A stretch of 64,000 nt of DNA, from NCBI RefSeq assembly GCF_009914755.1, contig NC_060931.1; one strand, written 5' to 3'. Source of the stretch: the human T2T-CHM13v2.0 reference genome, Homo sapiens. Numbering within the stretch: the first letter of the stretch is position 1; each line of letters starts with the position of its first letter. Below are positions 12,201-29,246 of the stretch, piece after piece. Position numbers and translations under genes: made by a program. The notes under the pieces are model-generated. The model made no database searches. It was not told the origin of the DNA and was given only the letters and a program-made list of their open reading frames with translations.

Positions 12201-15174
12201 CAACTTTCTGCTGAATCTCAATGATCTTCATTCCTGTCCATATTCTGAATTTTATGTCTGTCATTTCAACCAGGTTAAGAACCACTGCTAGGGAAAATTT
12301 GGTGCTTTGGAAGTAACAAGACACTCTGGCTTTGGGAGTTGCCAGAGTTAATGCACTGGTTCTTTGTCATCTGTGTGGACTGATGTTCCTTTAATCTTTG
12401 AAGTTGCTGGAATTTGGGTGAGGTTTATTTGCTTTTATCTTCTTTGATGCCTTGGGGGTTTGATTGTGGTATAAGGTGGGTTCAGTCAATTGGCTTTGAT
12501 TATAGAAGATTTCAGGGGGCCAAGGCTCAGCTCAGTACTCCTGGGCTGCGTGTTCTAACTTTAGGGGTCTGGTACTGAGAGCCCCACTTTGTTCTCTGGC
12601 CTCCCAAGGTTAGGAACTTGCTTCCCTGAAAGGGCTAAGATGCTCCTGCTCCACTGACGCCAAAATTCTGATGGGGGTGCATACCAAAGCACTTAGGGTT
12701 GTGGCAGTAGAATCCATGCTTGCTCACACATGCCAGCAGCTGTGGTAGTACAGCATGGTACACATGCATTGGCTGGGTAGGGCACCTGCGGGACTGGGGG
12801 CGCCAGTGGTGGTGGGGTGGTAATGGGTCTGCTGGTGTATGTACAGGCATTCACATTGGAGGTTGCAGCAGTACAGTGGGGGTAGGGCACTAGTGGGGGT
12901 GCTGGATTTCTGTGTACACCCTTGTGCCAGAGGTGGCAGGGGAAGCATGGCAGAGATGGATGTTTCAGCGTGTGCACACACTTGTACTGGAAGTGGTGGT
13001 GGCCCCATTTGGGGTGAGTGAGGCTATAAGGTGTGCTTGCATGCCCAACACCAGTGTGGCAGCAGGGTGTTGCACACATGCACAGCATTGGGGGAGGGGA
13101 GTGAGGTCCACTGACATGTTTGCACTGGTGAAGTGGTTGGTGGGGAGCTATGGGCAAGTGCCTGTCTGCAAAGTGGTGGGAGTATGCTGCAGTGGGTGGA
13201 GGCTGCAAGTGGCCTCGCTGCATGAGCTTGGGCTGGTCTGTAGGAGCTCTCCCATGGTTATGCACAGTTTGCCAGTGAACGAGTTACCATGAGGGAAGCA
13301 CCCTAGTTGGGTATCCCAGGTTGCAAGGCAAGTAGGCATAGCCAGGCTGGGGCCCCAGGAGAGGCCACTAGTGGGGGTGCTCAGATTGGACTGACCTCGT
13401 CCAACAGGCAAGACTGCCCTGTTCTGTCAAGCTCTAACATTAACCCTCAGGCTAAAGTCTCTCCTAGAGGAGCATGGCAAGCCTTGAGGTGAAGGTGTCC
13501 CTAGCGATACTCCACTGCAGCTGTTCTCATGCCAAAATCTTTGGGCTCCATACATGCTGGAGTCTTGCCCCTGCCACTTTTCTAAATGGCCCTCTCTTCT
13601 AGCTCAAGTGTTCATGGGTGTCTTGGGTTCTCCTGCAGGTAGGGTTCCAGAGGTGAGTGGCAAGAGCAGGCCACTCCTCACCTTTTCAACTCACCCCTTT
13701 CCCAGGAGTCACTGGGAGCCAGGAGCAGGTCCTTGATGTTCAGCAGCCCTGCACAGGGTTCCCAGCTTTCTCTCTCTTCAGTCCAGTGTCTGCATCCTCC
13801 CTCCATCCACTTTCAATGCCTTCTCTCCAAAGGTCTGCTCAGTGTGCCAGTCTTCCTGATGTCCTGGTCCCTTGGTGGGAGATGTTCCTCCTGGCTGCAT
13901 CCAGTTGGCCATCTTGGCTCCCTCCAGCTTTTCAAAATTAAAGAAAAAACTCATAGTAGCAGGATGGTCTGGGTGGCCTTTTTCTCTGCAAAGGCTGTTT
14001 GGGTGAGGTTGGTGCTGTGAAGGTGTTAGGATCAGTTCTGATGCTTTGCCAATCTGGAGGTGCTGGGGCTGATGGTCATGGGCTGGAGTATGCTCAGATG
14101 ACAGGTGGTACAGTTGGAGAGTCCCCTTATCACTCTTGGAAATTTTTTTAATTTTTTCTTCCAAATCCTGTAGTAATATTGATGTTCCAGAGAGATGTCC
14201 CACAGATATTCTGCTCTCATGCACCCTCCCTGCACAGAGTTGAAACTGTACTCCAGTTTCAGAAGTGTGTAGCAGTGTAGTACATACTTCAAGTTAATCT
14301 GAAAAAAAAAAAAAGAGAGCTTCCCATGAGGGATCCCAAGAAGCCTGAAGTGCAGTTTAGTGAAACAGAAACACCTGTATTATTCAATGCAGCTCTGAAA
14401 GATGACTAACGGTTTCTTCCAAACTTAGATTTTCCCCCAAACCCTTGAATTATTGCTATCAGTGAAGTTACTCATGAAGTGTAAAAATAAAACAGTGCCA
14501 TGGACTAAATTGTGACCAGAACTTTAGGTTATACTTGGAGGCCCAGAGGTGAGGCAGGCACAAGCCAGGCACCTGAAGCCAGAAAATTCTGGGTGAGCAG
14601 GGAAAGGTAGATACTTACCCTGAGTTCAGCACCGTCCAGCTATCTAGGCTTCTGGTTACCATGCACCCCCAAATTTGCTATCCCAGTAGTAGAGTGTTTC
14701 CCAAATAAGATTGTTGATAGCACTTTAGCAAAAGTCCTCTCACACTTTGCAGAGATCAGCAGGTTTGAGATACTCAGAAATAAATCCAGAAGTACCTTTT
14801 TGTTTGAGCTTCAGTGAGGAAGGACACCTCATGTCAGAGCGCAACATAAGGATTAAAAAATGTAAACACCCCTTCATTCTCCTTTGGAAGGAGACAAGAC
14901 CTGTGAAACAGAAGGGAGATATAATTCAATTCTGATGTTGCTGTGTTGATTTTTTTGGATAGTTACCAGTTTTACAGTTTCGAGGTAGGCTCATTTTCAT
15001 GCTAGTTCTAAACTCATACATGTACATCCTTCCTGACACTCAAATATAAACTATATGTACATATACTTATTTGTGTTGTACATATACACTGCAATAAATG
15101 TATACTTCACTATATATAATGTTATCTAACATATATATCTGAAATATGAGTAATTTTCAAGGTAAGGAAAAGAT

Positions 15175-15810
15175 TTATTTATTCATTAATTTTTTTCAAG
15201 GAATATTTGCTACACACTCACAGTGATTCAGATACTGTTTTGGATGCTAGGAATATAAAACAGACAAGGTCCCTCCTCATGGCATCTATATTATATTCAA
15301 GTTCAGGGAGACACAAAATAAACAAACAAATAATTTAACAAATTAATTCCAGGTAACAGTAATTGCTATGAAAAATTAAACAGGGGGATATATCTGAGAA
15401 TGTTTAGAAGTGAGCTTTGGCATGTTAGACAATATCTTGCAGACAATGTTGTTGAAATCTGAATGCTAAGACTCTAACCATGCAAGTGACTGAAGGAAAT
15501 ATATGTGAAAAACATTTGAAGCAGAAGTGAGGTTCAACTTTTTAAAGAACTAAGAGAAATGCTGGAGAGTAGAAAATGAATGAGAGAATCGAGGAGTTGA
15601 AGTTGAAGAGGTAGAGGAAACCAAATCACTCAAAGCTTATAGACCATTAATAGGTGGATTCTATTCTCGCAGCCACTAGAGGACACCCGAGAGTTTTAAG
15701 CAGGAAAGTGTTGTGGTCTCTTTTGTGTTTTAATGTGTAAGTCCTTCTAGTTGTTGCAAAGAAATGTTCCATAGGGTAGAAAGAGTGGCAACAGGAAAAT
15801 AGCGTTTGGA
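15175..15810 (-). mobile_element. L2 LINE fragments
   Basis: attcatt...aatatttg L2 3'-end signature, plus cagacaaggtccctcctcatgg and gttttaagcaggaaagtg. Confidence 0.6.
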
Positions 15811-16413
15811 GTTTCAGACCCACCAAATTAGAGGGGCCTGGGAAACACTTTGGGCATCCTGCATACATGCCAAACAACATTTAAAAGCAGTGCTACTCAG
15901 GTTCGAGGCAATTGGCCTATAACTAATCTGTCTGCTATAAAAAATGTGGTACTATTCACAGGAAGATAACAGAATCCAGAGTCTTTATAAGGAATCATCC
16001 CTAAAGCCCAAGTACAGTAAAAACTTACTAGACATGCAAAGAAACAGGAACCCATGACTCAAAGTCAAGAAAAAAAGCCATCAACACCCCTGGTCCAGGC
16101 CCTGACAAAACCCAGCCCACATGTTAAACTTGTAGACAGACATTTTAAAGACACACTACAAAAATACTTTTAAATTTATGGAAAATATGTTCAAATAACT
16201 AAGGAAAATTTTTCTTTTATTAAGGGAACAATTAAGAAATCTCAACAAGGAAATGGAAAATATTTTTAAAATGTAAATTCTAGAACTGAAAATTACAGTA
16301 ACTGAGATAAACCATTTACTACGTAGGCTTAACAGAAGATTTGAGATGGTGGAAAATTGAGTCAGTGATCTTGAAGATATATCAGATATATTCTAGTCAG
16401 AAGAATACAGAGA

Positions 16414-16745
<332 letters not shown>

Positions 16746-17087
16746 AATACAGAGAAAAAGGTTGGAGAAAAAAATGAACTTTCCTTCAGAAATATGTGTG
16801 ACAATATCAAATAGTGTAACATACATATTACTTGAGTCCCAGGATAAGAAAAAAATGAGAATGGATAGAAGAAACTGTTTGAAAACAATGACTAAATATT
16901 TCTCAAACTTAATGGAAAACTAAATCTCCAAGAAACCCTGTGACCTCAAGCAGGATATTCTCTCAGCTACAAATTTAGCAATGTATTTAACATTTATTAA
17001 GTGCTTACTCTGTGCAAAGAGCTATGCTGGGCATGGAGAAATATATATCTGAATATGGCACAATATCTACCATATTTAACAATCTAG

Positions 17088-17293
17088 ATCTGTACTATCA
17101 AATATGGCAACCACATCTGAATATTGGGCACTTGAAATGTGGCTAATACAACACGATGAAATGATAACATTTTGGATTAAATAAAATATATTATTGAAAT
17201 TAATTTTACCTATTTTTGTTTCTTTAAACTATACAGTAGAAAATTTAATATTACACATGTAGCTTGCACTACATTTCTGTTAGACAGCACTGA
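17088..17293. mobile_element. MER3/MER33-like hAT-Charlie element
   Basis: gcacttgaaatgtggcta, aaaatatattattgaaattaattttacc and ttagacagcactg terminus. Confidence 0.65.
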
Positions 17294-20200
17294 TTAGGAG
17301 ATAATAATCTAGTTTGTAACATAGCATCCACATATAAAAATAAAATGATGATCAAGTAGCTAGCTCTCAAATCAGATAAATTGGAGCTAGATACTTTTTA
17401 TTAGCATTTAAAATTTTGCTAGTACTTACCACTTTAGTTTTTTTTGTTTTGTTTTGTTTCTTTTGAACTTGTTTTAGTTTGTGTTTCTGGAGAGGAACAA
17501 GAAACATAGTGGGTATTGAAAATGTTTATCTCTGATAACAACAGATTATTTTGATCTCATTATAAGATGCTTGGGGTTTTAAAGTTATCAGTTTGCATAA
17601 TTTGACTATCTCATGATCCACAATGGTGAAGGGGGCATGAGTTTATCTGTTTATTTATATGTTTCTTTTAAACATATAAGGAGGAACATTTAAAATCTTT
17701 TAAAAACTCAAGTGTTGTCTACAATGGAATCCACCTAACATACCACTTGCAATAGAGTAGAAATTTTTTATTTTTATTTTTTACTCTTTGAACACATATA
17801 TTTGGTAGACATTAAACAAAGAAAAAAAATTCAGCGGTTGCCATTAAAAACTGTCCATTAAAACATTTTTATTGAGTTAGGTTTATTTGTACGTTTAATG
17901 TGAATTATTAAAGAATGAGAATTGAAGTGATTTATTCCTTTTCTTGAGCTCTAACACAGCAGTTGGCACTATCTATGTGATTCTTCCTTTCAAGGATCTA
18001 ACAGTCCTGTGTATGGTAATTTCCTTGCAGATTACGTCCACCCAGTGCCCCTGGATGTTCAGTTCAAGTTTTGTCTTTGGTTTTATAGATTTCAACTTTT
18101 AAAAAGCAAATAGCATGAAGTTCTCTCTTTATGAGCGTTCTCTTTTATCACTCTCAAATTCCACTTTTCTTCTTCAGATGTAGCTGTGGGTTTGCAAGTT
18201 AGGGTGCCCAAAAAGCAAAGGGGTTTGAGATGGCTCAGAGAAATTGGGTCTTAAAATCTGTTAGAAATGATGAAGCCAAAAGGTTCATGCTGACAATTTG
18301 CATAATGACTAAGATTTTCTAGAGTTAGTAGTTTGACAAACTGTAAAATATTCAAGAAATCACCATTGCAGGTCTTGCTGTCTCTGTCAAGATGACAAAA
18401 ATCATACTTTTACTAGGATAAACTGTGTATGAATAATTTTGCTAGGTATATTTTATTCAAACAGATTTTCTGTTTCCATCATCAAAGGATTCCTTGACCT
18501 GGACAATGTCTATTTCCAGCAACACACATACTTATAAATGACATTGCACATCTGCTGCTGTACTACTTAGGAGTCTATAAGATGTTCCAGCAAGGTGTAC
18601 AAAGACAGAAAAAAATCTATAACAAAAGCATGTAAATACAATGAGAATCTGAGTTGCTGTAGGAATCATAGATACATGATTTCTCTCTATATATATTCAT
18701 ATATATATAGATATATATATACACAAACACGTATAATTGACTCTCACAAAACAATGAAAGATGCCTTTGTTGTGACCTTTAAAATTCTATTCTAGAAAAC
18801 AAAAATAGAAAAGTAAACCACAAAACTTCCATGTAAACTTGGATGGGAGAAGCAAAGGCACTTTTTTTTATATTCTCGGCTTATTAGTGAAATAACCAAG
18901 GACATTTAAATGGTAGTTAAACCTGTAACCGTGTTAGAAAGTAGGAAGAGGTATCATCCATGAGTCAGAAACATCAAAGAAAGCCTGGTGGATGGAACTG
19001 CTAAATCTGCTTGGTTATGCTGAGAAACAGCAGCATCAATGGGAACAAAATCAAGGGGACCCTCCAGAAAGTCACCCACACTTCCTGAGGATTCAACACC
19101 ATTTAGACCTTGATTAGCCACCATTCAACACTAATGTAGCCTGTATTCAACATAAATATTCAACGAAAGGTCCAAGTTTAGTTACATCAAGCAGGAAGTT
19201 TCAGTGTTAGCAATACCAAGTGGAAAGTTAGCATGAGATAAGGGCTGGATAAATAACTGAAAGGAAGAAAAAGCTTATTTACCCTAACGAAATAAGAGTG
19301 AGGAAAACATTACACTCATGTACAAAATACATATTTTGAAGGAGGAAAAAATTACTATATAGAAGAAGCTGAAAGAAACTTTAGAAAACACTCGTTTTGT
19401 GTTCTCAAAATAAAATAAAACCAAACCTTCATAAACTTTAAAAAACAGTAGATAAAAGAAGGGATGATAAGACAACACATTGAGAAGAAAACATGAGAGG
19501 GTGAGAGGAAAGCAAAAACAGAAACCCTGCACCCTGCAAGTGCAAAGCAAAACAGCCTCAAACATATACCTTGCAGTGGTGAACCTGAATTATTTTCTTT
19601 TGGTTAGATGACCATCAGCATAATTACTATAGAAATATTAAGACCTGAGTTAAGAGTAAATGTGGATGGTCAGTGTTTTTAAAAAGATGCAACATGTGTC
19701 CACTAACTCCACTGAGTAGCCAAACATACGCTAAAGGAACAGAATTTCTTCTGAAGAAAACACATGGGAATACTAAGAAACCATGTCTTGTTAAAAAAAA
19801 GAAAAAAAAAAGCTGTTCCATGGGTGGTTGGCATTGAGCAATTTGTATTAAAAAAAACTGCAATGAGGGCAATATTCTAGCCCAGAGTTTGGGTAATTTT
19901 TGGTGATGGTAGAAGCAAAAAATGTTATGAGAAAAAATTTGTGCAGGTATGAGTGATTAATTCCAACTGAGGTTTAGTGGATGGTGTTAGGAAATGAAGA
20001 TCATATTACCGCAAAGTGAGCTTCCTTCTAATTTATCTTTGCTTGTATGGCAATAAGTAGAATCAGAAACATACAGATAAATTTATACCTGGAAAATCGT
20101 TCTTTAAACAACAGTCCTTTTATTTACTGGGACAAGCGTTAACAATTGCAGGGATGAGAGTTTATTTCCATTCAGAAGTAATTCATCCAGTTTCCATTAA

Positions 20201-20764
20201 CCAGCTTAGAGTGTGGTTCAGACTGCAGTTAATTTTATTTATGCGAGGCTTCTGGCTTCTAGGTGTTGTTTTAAGAGCAAAATGTTAAATAAGCTTCTCA
20301 ACTTCCCCTGGTCATCCCCAAATTTAAGTGCCAGGGGTGGAAGTAAAGGAGGGTTTGAGATAGGAATGAAAACTAAAGTCTCAAATTCTTGATGATAAAA
20401 TATATTCTGTGATGTACGGGAGGCAGGGAAAAACTAGCAACTCCATTATTGCATTTCATAAAATAAAATCTATGGATTTCTCTTCTATGTTTGAGGGTAA
20501 AGCAAGTGCTCAGAAATGAATTAGTCTTTCTTCATCACCTGAACCATATGGTGACTTGTTTTCATTTGGAAGTAAGATTTATACTTTAATCACAACAGTC
20601 AGGCTCTGGAAAACTATACTGATATCATGCAGTTCTCAATGCAAGCTTGGGCAGAGTTCTGCCTTAGAGGGGAAACTTCTCCCAGTGAGGCCATTCTGTT
20701 GCCAAACCTTCTTGTATGAAGTTAAATTCATTTCTTACAACATTTTGTTTTGTAGCAAATCATA

Positions 20765-21361
20765 CTGCAGAGAGGCTCTGGTTCAGCAGAAACTGAAAAA
20801 CACTCATTACCAAGACATTCCTCTCAGCTTGCCTAACTTGAGACAAGTTTCTTTCTGACTCTAGGCTCTTGACTTCCCTTTTCTTAGAACATTTACTTTA
20901 GAAGACGTGTAAATTCTCTTTCTGCTCCTTCCAGATGTAAATCTTTTAAAAAGTCTCCTGCCAGTTTTACAAGCCGAGAGTGTCTTTCTCCAGGACCCGA
21001 AGCTATCCTTTTAAAATGTAATCAAGAAAGATAAAGCTTCTATCAACCCAGGCTCTAAGGAAAGGGTAGGAGTGTAACTTCAAAGGGTGCCTGTTAGCAA
21101 ACACAGGTGGTCTTATTACAGAGAGAAACACTTGCACTCTCAGGAATAACTCAATGTGCCCCACACACTGCATCAATCAACCTCTTCCCTAATGTCCTCC
21201 AGTAGTTTTCTGTTAGCTCACAGCAGTACTTAAAAACATTTCCACCTTTTGTTTCAATGAATTTGAGTTAAAACTCAGCCCTGGCATCTCTTACCTGTTG
21301 CAATAGCCTTGAATAAAGTCTTCCTTGTCTGTTTAACTTTGGTGGAATTTTTGCTTTGACA
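20765..21361 (+). mobile_element. ERV1-class solo LTR (subfamily not assigned; left boundary approximate)
   Basis: LTR-like body, AATAAA at 21312-21317 in tgcaatagccttgaataaagtcttcctt, and terminal ...TTTGACA. Confidence 0.55.
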
Positions 21362-21362
21362 C

Positions 21363-21645
21363 TTATGGACTGCATGTTTGTGCCCGCCCCACCCCACTCC
21401 CAAATTCATATGTTGAAACTTTAACCTCCAATGGGACAGTATTAGAAGGTAGAATCTTTGGGAGGTAATTAGGTTTAGATGCAGTCATGATGGTGGAGTC
21501 TCCATGACCAAATTGTTGTTCTTATGTGAAGGGAAAGAGACTAGAAAACACTCTCTGCCCCACCCCCCCAACCCCAGTGCATACAAGGAAGACCATGTGA
21601 TAACAGGGAAGACGGCCCTCACAAGAACCTGACTTAGGCACCCAA
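21363..21645 (+). mobile_element. MLT1A/B (ERVL-MaLR) LTR fragment
   Basis: ttatggactg...ccaaattcatatgttgaaa...ctttgggaggtaattaggtttagatg. Confidence 0.75.
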
Positions 21646-23514
21646 ATGTGAATGTCTGTGTATTCACAGACAGTCACATGTATGTCTGAAAATGTCTGAA
21701 AGCCTCTTACGGAACATTATAAATCCTACAGTTCTATAGTGCCTCATAGGATTAGGTGACTAGAAGGACATTTGGTGGAGGAGAAAGGTAGGTTGGGGTG
21801 AGAGAAAAATTTATTTGGAGGTAGTGGCCAGACTTTGTCACTTCATATATTCCATCTTAATGAAACTAGCAGAATAAAACCATGAATTACATTTTATTAT
21901 TTGTGTAGTTTTATTACAAGTAGTTTGACAACTTCTGCCGTTAATAACGCATTCTGTTTTGTTTTCTCTCAGGAAATTTACTAGCTCGGGTGAGGGAGAA
22001 ATATTTGTGTCTCCCACATTCCACATCATACTGGTTGTTGGAGGGTGGTAGTGTAAACCAGAAGGAACTTCCTACTCTCACCTTAATTGCTTCTGACTTA
22101 CTATAGTGACATTAAGAGTGCTATTTTTGGAAGCATCTTTGGACTTAGAGAAGATTGTACCCATCTGGAGGCCTCCAGTGGCTGTCTAGTATGAATTGAA
22201 CTTTTAAAAATTTATTAAAAACACAAAGAGCTGTGGAAATGTTAGCTACATCATTAATTGAATTATTTCTCTTGAGAGTATTTTTTGTTGCTGTTTGTCT
22301 TACAAACCATTCCCACAGGACATAATTAAACCCAAGAGGTTGGTTGCGTGTGTGTTGCGGAGGGAGGCAGAGTTGGGAGAGGAGTGGAGTAGAGTTTGGA
22401 ACACAAAAGGTGGTAAGATTGTAATCACCAGCTATTATCTAATTGGGCTGCCCCATTCTCCTAGCAATATTAATAACACAATTTAATAGCTGAAGCTCAA
22501 TTTCATCTATAACGGTAAATTACTTAATGCCTCTAAAGTTGTAAGCAAAGTAAAAGTGAAAGTTAGTCTTTCTTGATGATGAAATACTTTCAGAATTCTG
22601 GAAAGAATGAAGGAGGCTATGAGATTGGGATTGGGGTCTATGTGGTGAGAGATGGGAAACTTCTGGTTATGACGGAAGTAAGTTTTGATACCTAAGGAAA
22701 AATAAAGCATTTTCTCTAACTCAATGGCAAAGCAGAACCAGATGCAAATTGATCTTTTTCAGAACTTACACATGTCAGAGTCTGCAACTGTTTTGAGGCA
22801 TTTTAGGTAGAGCTCACTAGAGGCTTTCTTCGAAGATCTGGTTTGAAGCAGTTGCTTCAACTTTTGGAGGCTCCCATCGTATCAAGGTCCTAAATTATGT
22901 TGCAGATCATTGCAATACTAGTCACTGCAACATTTCAGAGTCAAAAGTTTTTCATATATATTTACTTCTTGTGAAAAAGACCTGCTTCTGGAACCCACAG
23001 AAGTGGATATTTTCCTGGTAGCCCCTCTTGTCTGAGAAGCGAATATAAAAAGTTAAGATTTAAAGGCATTCTTTATCTGGTCCCTCACAAACTACTTCTG
23101 ACTCAATTTAAAAACAAAGGGCAATCATTATCTTTCTAGCACAGAAACTCCACCCCATTAGGAAGTCCAAACTTAGTGAACGAGCATCTCCAGAGATAGG
23201 TGAAGGCAGGACACAGGAGCTGTCTTCTGCTCACTTGTAATGACAGGGATTTCCCCAATTTCTGAGTAGTTCACTCAATGTTTATGAGGTCCATAAGAAT
23301 TCTTCTGCATTGTTAACCTAAGTCAGTTATTAAACTCATATCTAACAAACATATAAAAATTATATTTTTAAACACTTTATTTATTGATAATACCTTATTT
23401 CTTTACAACACTTAATTCTTTTGAAATATTTTCACAAACATTATTTTAATCTAACTTGTTAGCTACCACCCACCCATTTGTTCTTGTATTTATTCTATCA
23501 ACAAATAGTTTAAA

Positions 23515-23690
23515 TAATTATTAAGTGCCAGACACAACCATATGAGTTACATATTTATGAATTTGTTTTTGGATCGAGGAAACTGAAGGTAATGGAGATT
23601 AAATGACTTGTTTAGGATCACAAAGCTAGTAATTTTTAGATTCAGAGTTTGCACCCAAAAAGTAAGACAAATTTAGTACTTTTCTCATTA
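23515..23690 (-). mobile_element. MIR fragment
   Basis: gaggaaactgaagg...aaatgacttgtttaggatcacaaagctagt MIR core. Confidence 0.6.
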
Positions 23691-24354
23691 AAAAAACTTT
23701 CAGATTTTGAAGAGGGGTTTACAAAATGATGCACCCATCATTTGGCAGTGCGAGTGACTAAGATTCAGTGCCTGTTGCTGCTAACTTAAGTTTGAGCTTT
23801 GAAGTTTGTTGTTGTTTTTGTTTCTTGAGAATTAAATTTTCCATGTAAGTGGGAAGGCTAGCTCAGGAACTAGAGAAATATTGTGATATATCTGTGTTTC
23901 ATCATTTCTAAAATGTCTAAAATGGCAGGAAGTAGAATAAAAGAACTAAGATAGGCACTACATAATGTCAATTCATACCACCTTATGATATGTTTATGGA
24001 ACTAAAACTACATAATCATCACTTTTTAATTGATATGTGTCTTGGAAGATTAACATAAAATAAACTTTGTGCTGTTATTAAAGGACATTCTCTAAGAAGC
24101 TCACTCACCATGTTCTAAAACAATTCCTTTCTCTAAACTTTTTTTTTTTAATTATACTTTAAGTTCTAGGGTACATGTGCACAAAGTGCAGGTTTGTTAC
24201 ATATGTATACGTGTGCCATGTTGGTGTGCTGCACCCATTAACTCGTCATTTACATTAGGTGTATCTCCTAATGCTATCCCTCCCCCGTCCCCCCACCCCA
24301 CAACAGGCCCTGGTGTGTGATGTTCCCTTTCCTGTGTCCAAGTGTTCTCATTGT

Positions 24355-28165
<3,811 letters not shown>

Positions 28166-28228
28166 TATGATATTAGTTGGTTATTTTGCTTGTTAGTTGA
28201 TGCAGTTTCTTCCTAGCATAGATGGTCT

Positions 28229-29246
28229 TTACAATTTGGCATGTTTTTACAGTGGCTGATACCGGTTTTTCCTTTCCATGTTTAGTGCTTCCTTCAGGAG
28301 CTCTTGTAGGACAGGCCTGGTGGTGACAAAATCTCTCAGCATTTGGTTTTCTGTAAAGGATTTTATTTCTCCTTCACTTATGAAGCTTAGTTTGGCTGGA
28401 TATGAAATTCTGGGTTGAAAATTCTTTTTCTTTAAGAACGTTGAATATTGGCCCCCACTCTCTTCTGGCTTGTAGAGTTTCTGCTGAGAGATCCGCTGTT
28501 AATCTGATGGGCTTCCCTTTGTGGGTAACCCAACCTTTCTCTCTGGCTGCCCTTAATATTTTTTCCTTCATTTCAACTTTGGTGAATCTGACAATTATGC
28601 GTCTTGGAGTTGCTCTTCTCGAGGAGTATCTTTGTAGCGTTCTCTGTATTTCCTGAATTTGAATGTTGGCCTGCCTTGCGAGGTTGGGTAAGTTCTCCTG
28701 GATAATATCCTTCAGAGTGTTTTCCAACTTGGTTCCATTCTCCCCGTCACTTTCAGGTACACCAATCAGACGTAGATTTGGTCTTTTCACATGGTCCCAT
28801 ATTTTTTGGAGGCTTTGTTCGTTTCTTGTCACTCTTTTTTCTCTAAACTTCTCTTCCTGCTTCATTTCATTCATTTCATCTTCCATCACTGATACCCTTT
28901 CTTCCAGTTGATCAAATCGGCTACTGAAGCTTGTGCATTCGTCACGTAGTTCTCGTGCCATTGTTTTCAGCTCCATCAGGTCATTTAAGAACTTCTCTAC
29001 ACTAGTTATTCTAGTTAGCTATTTGTTTAATCTTTTTTCAAGGTTTTTAGCTTCTTTGTGATGGGTTCGAACTTCCTCCTTTAGCTTGGAGAAGTTTGAT
29101 CATCTGAAGCCTTCTTCTCTCAACTCGTCAAAGTCATTCTCCATCCAGCTTTTTTCTGTTGCTGGTGAGGATCTGCATTCCTTTGGAGGGGGAGAGGCAC
29201 TCTGATTTTTTGAATTTTCAACTTTTCTGCTCTGTTTTTTCCCCAT
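28229..29246 (-). pseudogene. L1 ORF1p, disrupted
   Basis: ATG of MGKKQSRK at 29246, premature TGA at 29100-29102, and a downstream frameshift near 28420. RPNLRLIGVPESDGENG and ARREWGPIF motifs are present. Confidence 0.9.

Noticed and set aside
12693-13265. 190-aa Pro/His/Cys-rich ORF and overlapping ORFs
   Set aside because: These lie in the GC-rich L1 5' UTR, where stop codons are scarce. There is no recognisable domain or splice structure.
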